Assembly (NCBI GenBank): GCA_963743285.1
Contig: CAVUPF010000006.1
Span: forward strand, 6,076-70,075
Origin: an uncultured Solirubrobacterales bacterium
Lineage (GTDB): Bacteria > Actinomycetota > Thermoleophilia > Solirubrobacterales > 70-9
Length of the DNA stretch: 64,000 nt
Direction: 5' to 3'
Shown here: positions 62,857-64,000 of the stretch, piece after piece
Layout of the letters: the number at the start of each line of letters is the position of its first letter
Position numbering within the stretch: the stretch's first letter is position 1
Program-made: the position numbers and the translations under genes
Notes under the pieces: model-generated
Told to the model about the DNA's origin: nothing
The model's input: only the letters and a program-made list of their open reading frames with translations
Database searches by the model: none

Positions 62857-63349
62857 ATCGCGCCCGAAGCCCGGCAATGTCCTGGCGCCCGGCGCCAAGG
62901 TCAACGTCAAGCTGGGATAGCCGGCTCACCTCAGCAGCGCCATTACGCAGTTCATGTCGGTCGCTGGCTGGCGCCGCCGACGTGGGCGTGAGGGAGAGGC
63001 TGTCTTGAGCACCCGACCCAACGCCGGTATCCGCTAAACGGCTACCCCCAGCCGAGATCCGTAGCTTGGCCCCCGGGCGATCGAAGCGCCCTCACCCTTC
63101 CCCCGCTACCCTTACCGCCTCCTCGCCCTCCAAAAACGGCCTCAGCACCAGCTCGACCAGCGCCCCCTCGGTGGTATTCGGGAGACTCCTTCGGAGCCTT
63201 TAAGATCGGCCAGTGATGACGATGTGGAAGCAGAGCCGCTACGGAGACGCTGGACGGACCGATTTTCAACCTCGTGTCCCATATGTGTCCCATGGGGCTT
63301 TTACGACCACAGAATTCATCACAATAATTTGGCTCTATATGCCAAATCC

Positions 63350-63387
63350 GCCCGGATAGCTCAGTTGGTAGAGCACTTCCATGGTAA
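63350..63387 (+). pseudogene. tRNA 5' half (Thr-GGU-like), truncated after the anticodon loop
   Basis: GCCCGGA-TA-GCTC-AGTTGGTA-GAGC-A-CTTCC-ATGGTAA fits the acceptor, D-arm, anticodon-stem and loop layout. The expected GGAAG stem return and T-arm are replaced by AT-rich DNA. Confidence 0.55.
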
Positions 63388-63526
63388 AAATAGCTTTACT
63401 AATTTCCAGCTAGACGTTTTTTGGCTCTATAGCTTGAGAATCGGCGGCTAATCCGGCGCTACGAACGTCGCAGTGTGCAAGCAATCTCAGGCACGGCGCC
63501 CCATTTCGCCTCCCATCTGGCTCCCA

Positions 63527-63557
63527 CTAATTTGTTCGCAAATTGCGAACAAATTAG
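63527..63557. repeat. perfect 31-bp palindrome
   Basis: CTAATTTGTTCGCAA-A-TTGCGAACAAATTAG. It is followed by a direct repeat of TTCGCAAATTGC. Confidence 0.85.
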
Positions 63558-63584
63558 TTCGCAAATTGCAAGCTTTTGACCGGG

Positions 63585-63615
63585 GTGAGCACTTCCATGG
63601 ACACGAAGTGCTCAC
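63585..63615. other. 11-bp perfect stem-loop
   Basis: GTGAGCACTTC-catggacac-GAAGTGCTCAC. Its 5' arm repeats the 14-nt GAGCACTTCCATGG of the tRNA fragment (63371-63384). Confidence 0.7.
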
Positions 63616-63724
63616 GATGCCGCTCTTGGGGCTGATTTTTGGCTCTGTACCGCCGATCTCCGCTGGAGAGAAAAGGTGAGCCCCTGCCATGCGGCCGAAT
63701 TCGCTGAAGACGTCGTTTGCGACC

Positions 63725-63767
63725 TCCCATTGTCTCCCATCGTCCTCCCATCGTCCTCCCATCGTCC
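63725..63767 (+). repeat. 11-bp tandem repeat (about 4 units)
   Basis: TCCCATTGTC followed by TCCCATCGTCC three times. The period is not a multiple of 3. Confidence 0.85.
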
Positions 63768-63884
63768 GCGGCTCAGGGTGAGCCCTTCTCGGTCGCGCAC
63801 CGTCTCATCTCCTGAAAACTGACCCCCCGCCTGGGCGCGCAGGACTCCCACCAGATAGCACGCGAAGCGTGCTGTGGATCGCCC

Positions 63885-64000
63885 ATGCACGCCCAGACGG
63901 AGAGCACTCAGGCCCGGCACAGCGGCGCCGTATCTCTCGCCGCGCTCCGCGGCCTCGCCCTCTACCTGCTGACCCTCTCGGCAGAGGCCGTGCTCGGGGT
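63885..64000 (+). CDS. possible 5' end of a gene running off the window
   Basis: ATG at 63885 is followed by an open, high-GC3 frame (MHAQTESTQARHSGAVSLAALRGLALYLLTLSAEAVLG). Too short to classify. Confidence 0.3.
   Translation, partial: MHAQTESTQARHSGAVSLAALRGLALYLLTLSAEAVLG

Larger units (their letters stand above)
63328..63649 (+). repeat. three dispersed copies of TTTGGCTCT(A/G)TA (iteron-like)
   Basis: Copies at 63328-63339, 63420-63431 and 63638-63649, all in the same orientation within an AT-rich non-coding stretch. Confidence 0.6.

Noticed and set aside
63350-63430. An intact tRNA gene.
   Set aside because: Only the acceptor 5' strand, D-arm, anticodon stem 5' strand and loop are present. 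There is no complementary anticodon-stem strand, T-arm (GGTTCGA-type) or acceptor 3' strand on either strand nearby.
63725-63767. Possible CRISPR array, considered for this and the other short repeats at 63.3-63.8 kb.
   Set aside because: The units are 11-12 bp and either directly tandem or irregularly spaced. There is no 25-40-bp repeat/spacer periodicity and no cas genes in the window.

Overview
High-GC (roughly two thirds G+C by eye) actinobacterial-type chromosomal segment; the secreted-protein architectures resemble Thermoleophilia or Solirubrobacterales, but that is only a guess. There is no rRNA, no intact tRNA and no CRISPR array. About 1-41 kb is mostly housekeeping and accessory metabolism. 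It includes an NlpC/P60 hydrolase, an FAD oxidoreductase plus ECF sigma factor, methyltransferases, hydrolases, a GrpB protein, a GNAT, several NTF2/SnoaL-like proteins, a TetR regulator and an Ada-AlkA fusion. It also has an ArsR-SRPBCC-MFS operon, a Rox-like FAD monooxygenase, two ABC-2 exporters flanking a 965-aa beta-propeller/phosphoesterase fusion, and a K+ channel. About 42-64 kb is a decaying mobile or accessory mosaic. A group II intron carries an in-frame stop in its RT gene and is split by an IS66-family element (19-bp IRs, 8-bp TSD). An IS30 element sits inside an IS256 element, which sits inside a small secreted-protein gene (9-bp TSD, in-frame reconstruction). The mosaic also holds tyrosine-recombinase fragments, duplicated 3' gene ends and a family of ~130-bp repeats at cassette boundaries. 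It ends in an AT-rich region with a tRNA 5' half, iterons, a 31-bp palindrome and 11-bp tandem repeats. The most striking global feature is toxin-antitoxin density: eight apparently intact type II pairs (five with PIN toxins) plus at least five solo or decayed TA genes. Most antitoxin genes show a -10 hexamer 6-8 nt from the start codon, which suggests leaderless transcripts. I did not find one clear novel multi-gene system. The best candidates for follow-up are the repeat-bounded cassette array at 54-60 kb, the conserved double-hairpin element upstream of two TA loci, the origin-like or att-like repeat cluster at 63.3-63.8 kb, and an inverted repeat upstream of the Rox-like monooxygenase. All family assignments come from motif recognition by eye, not database searches.
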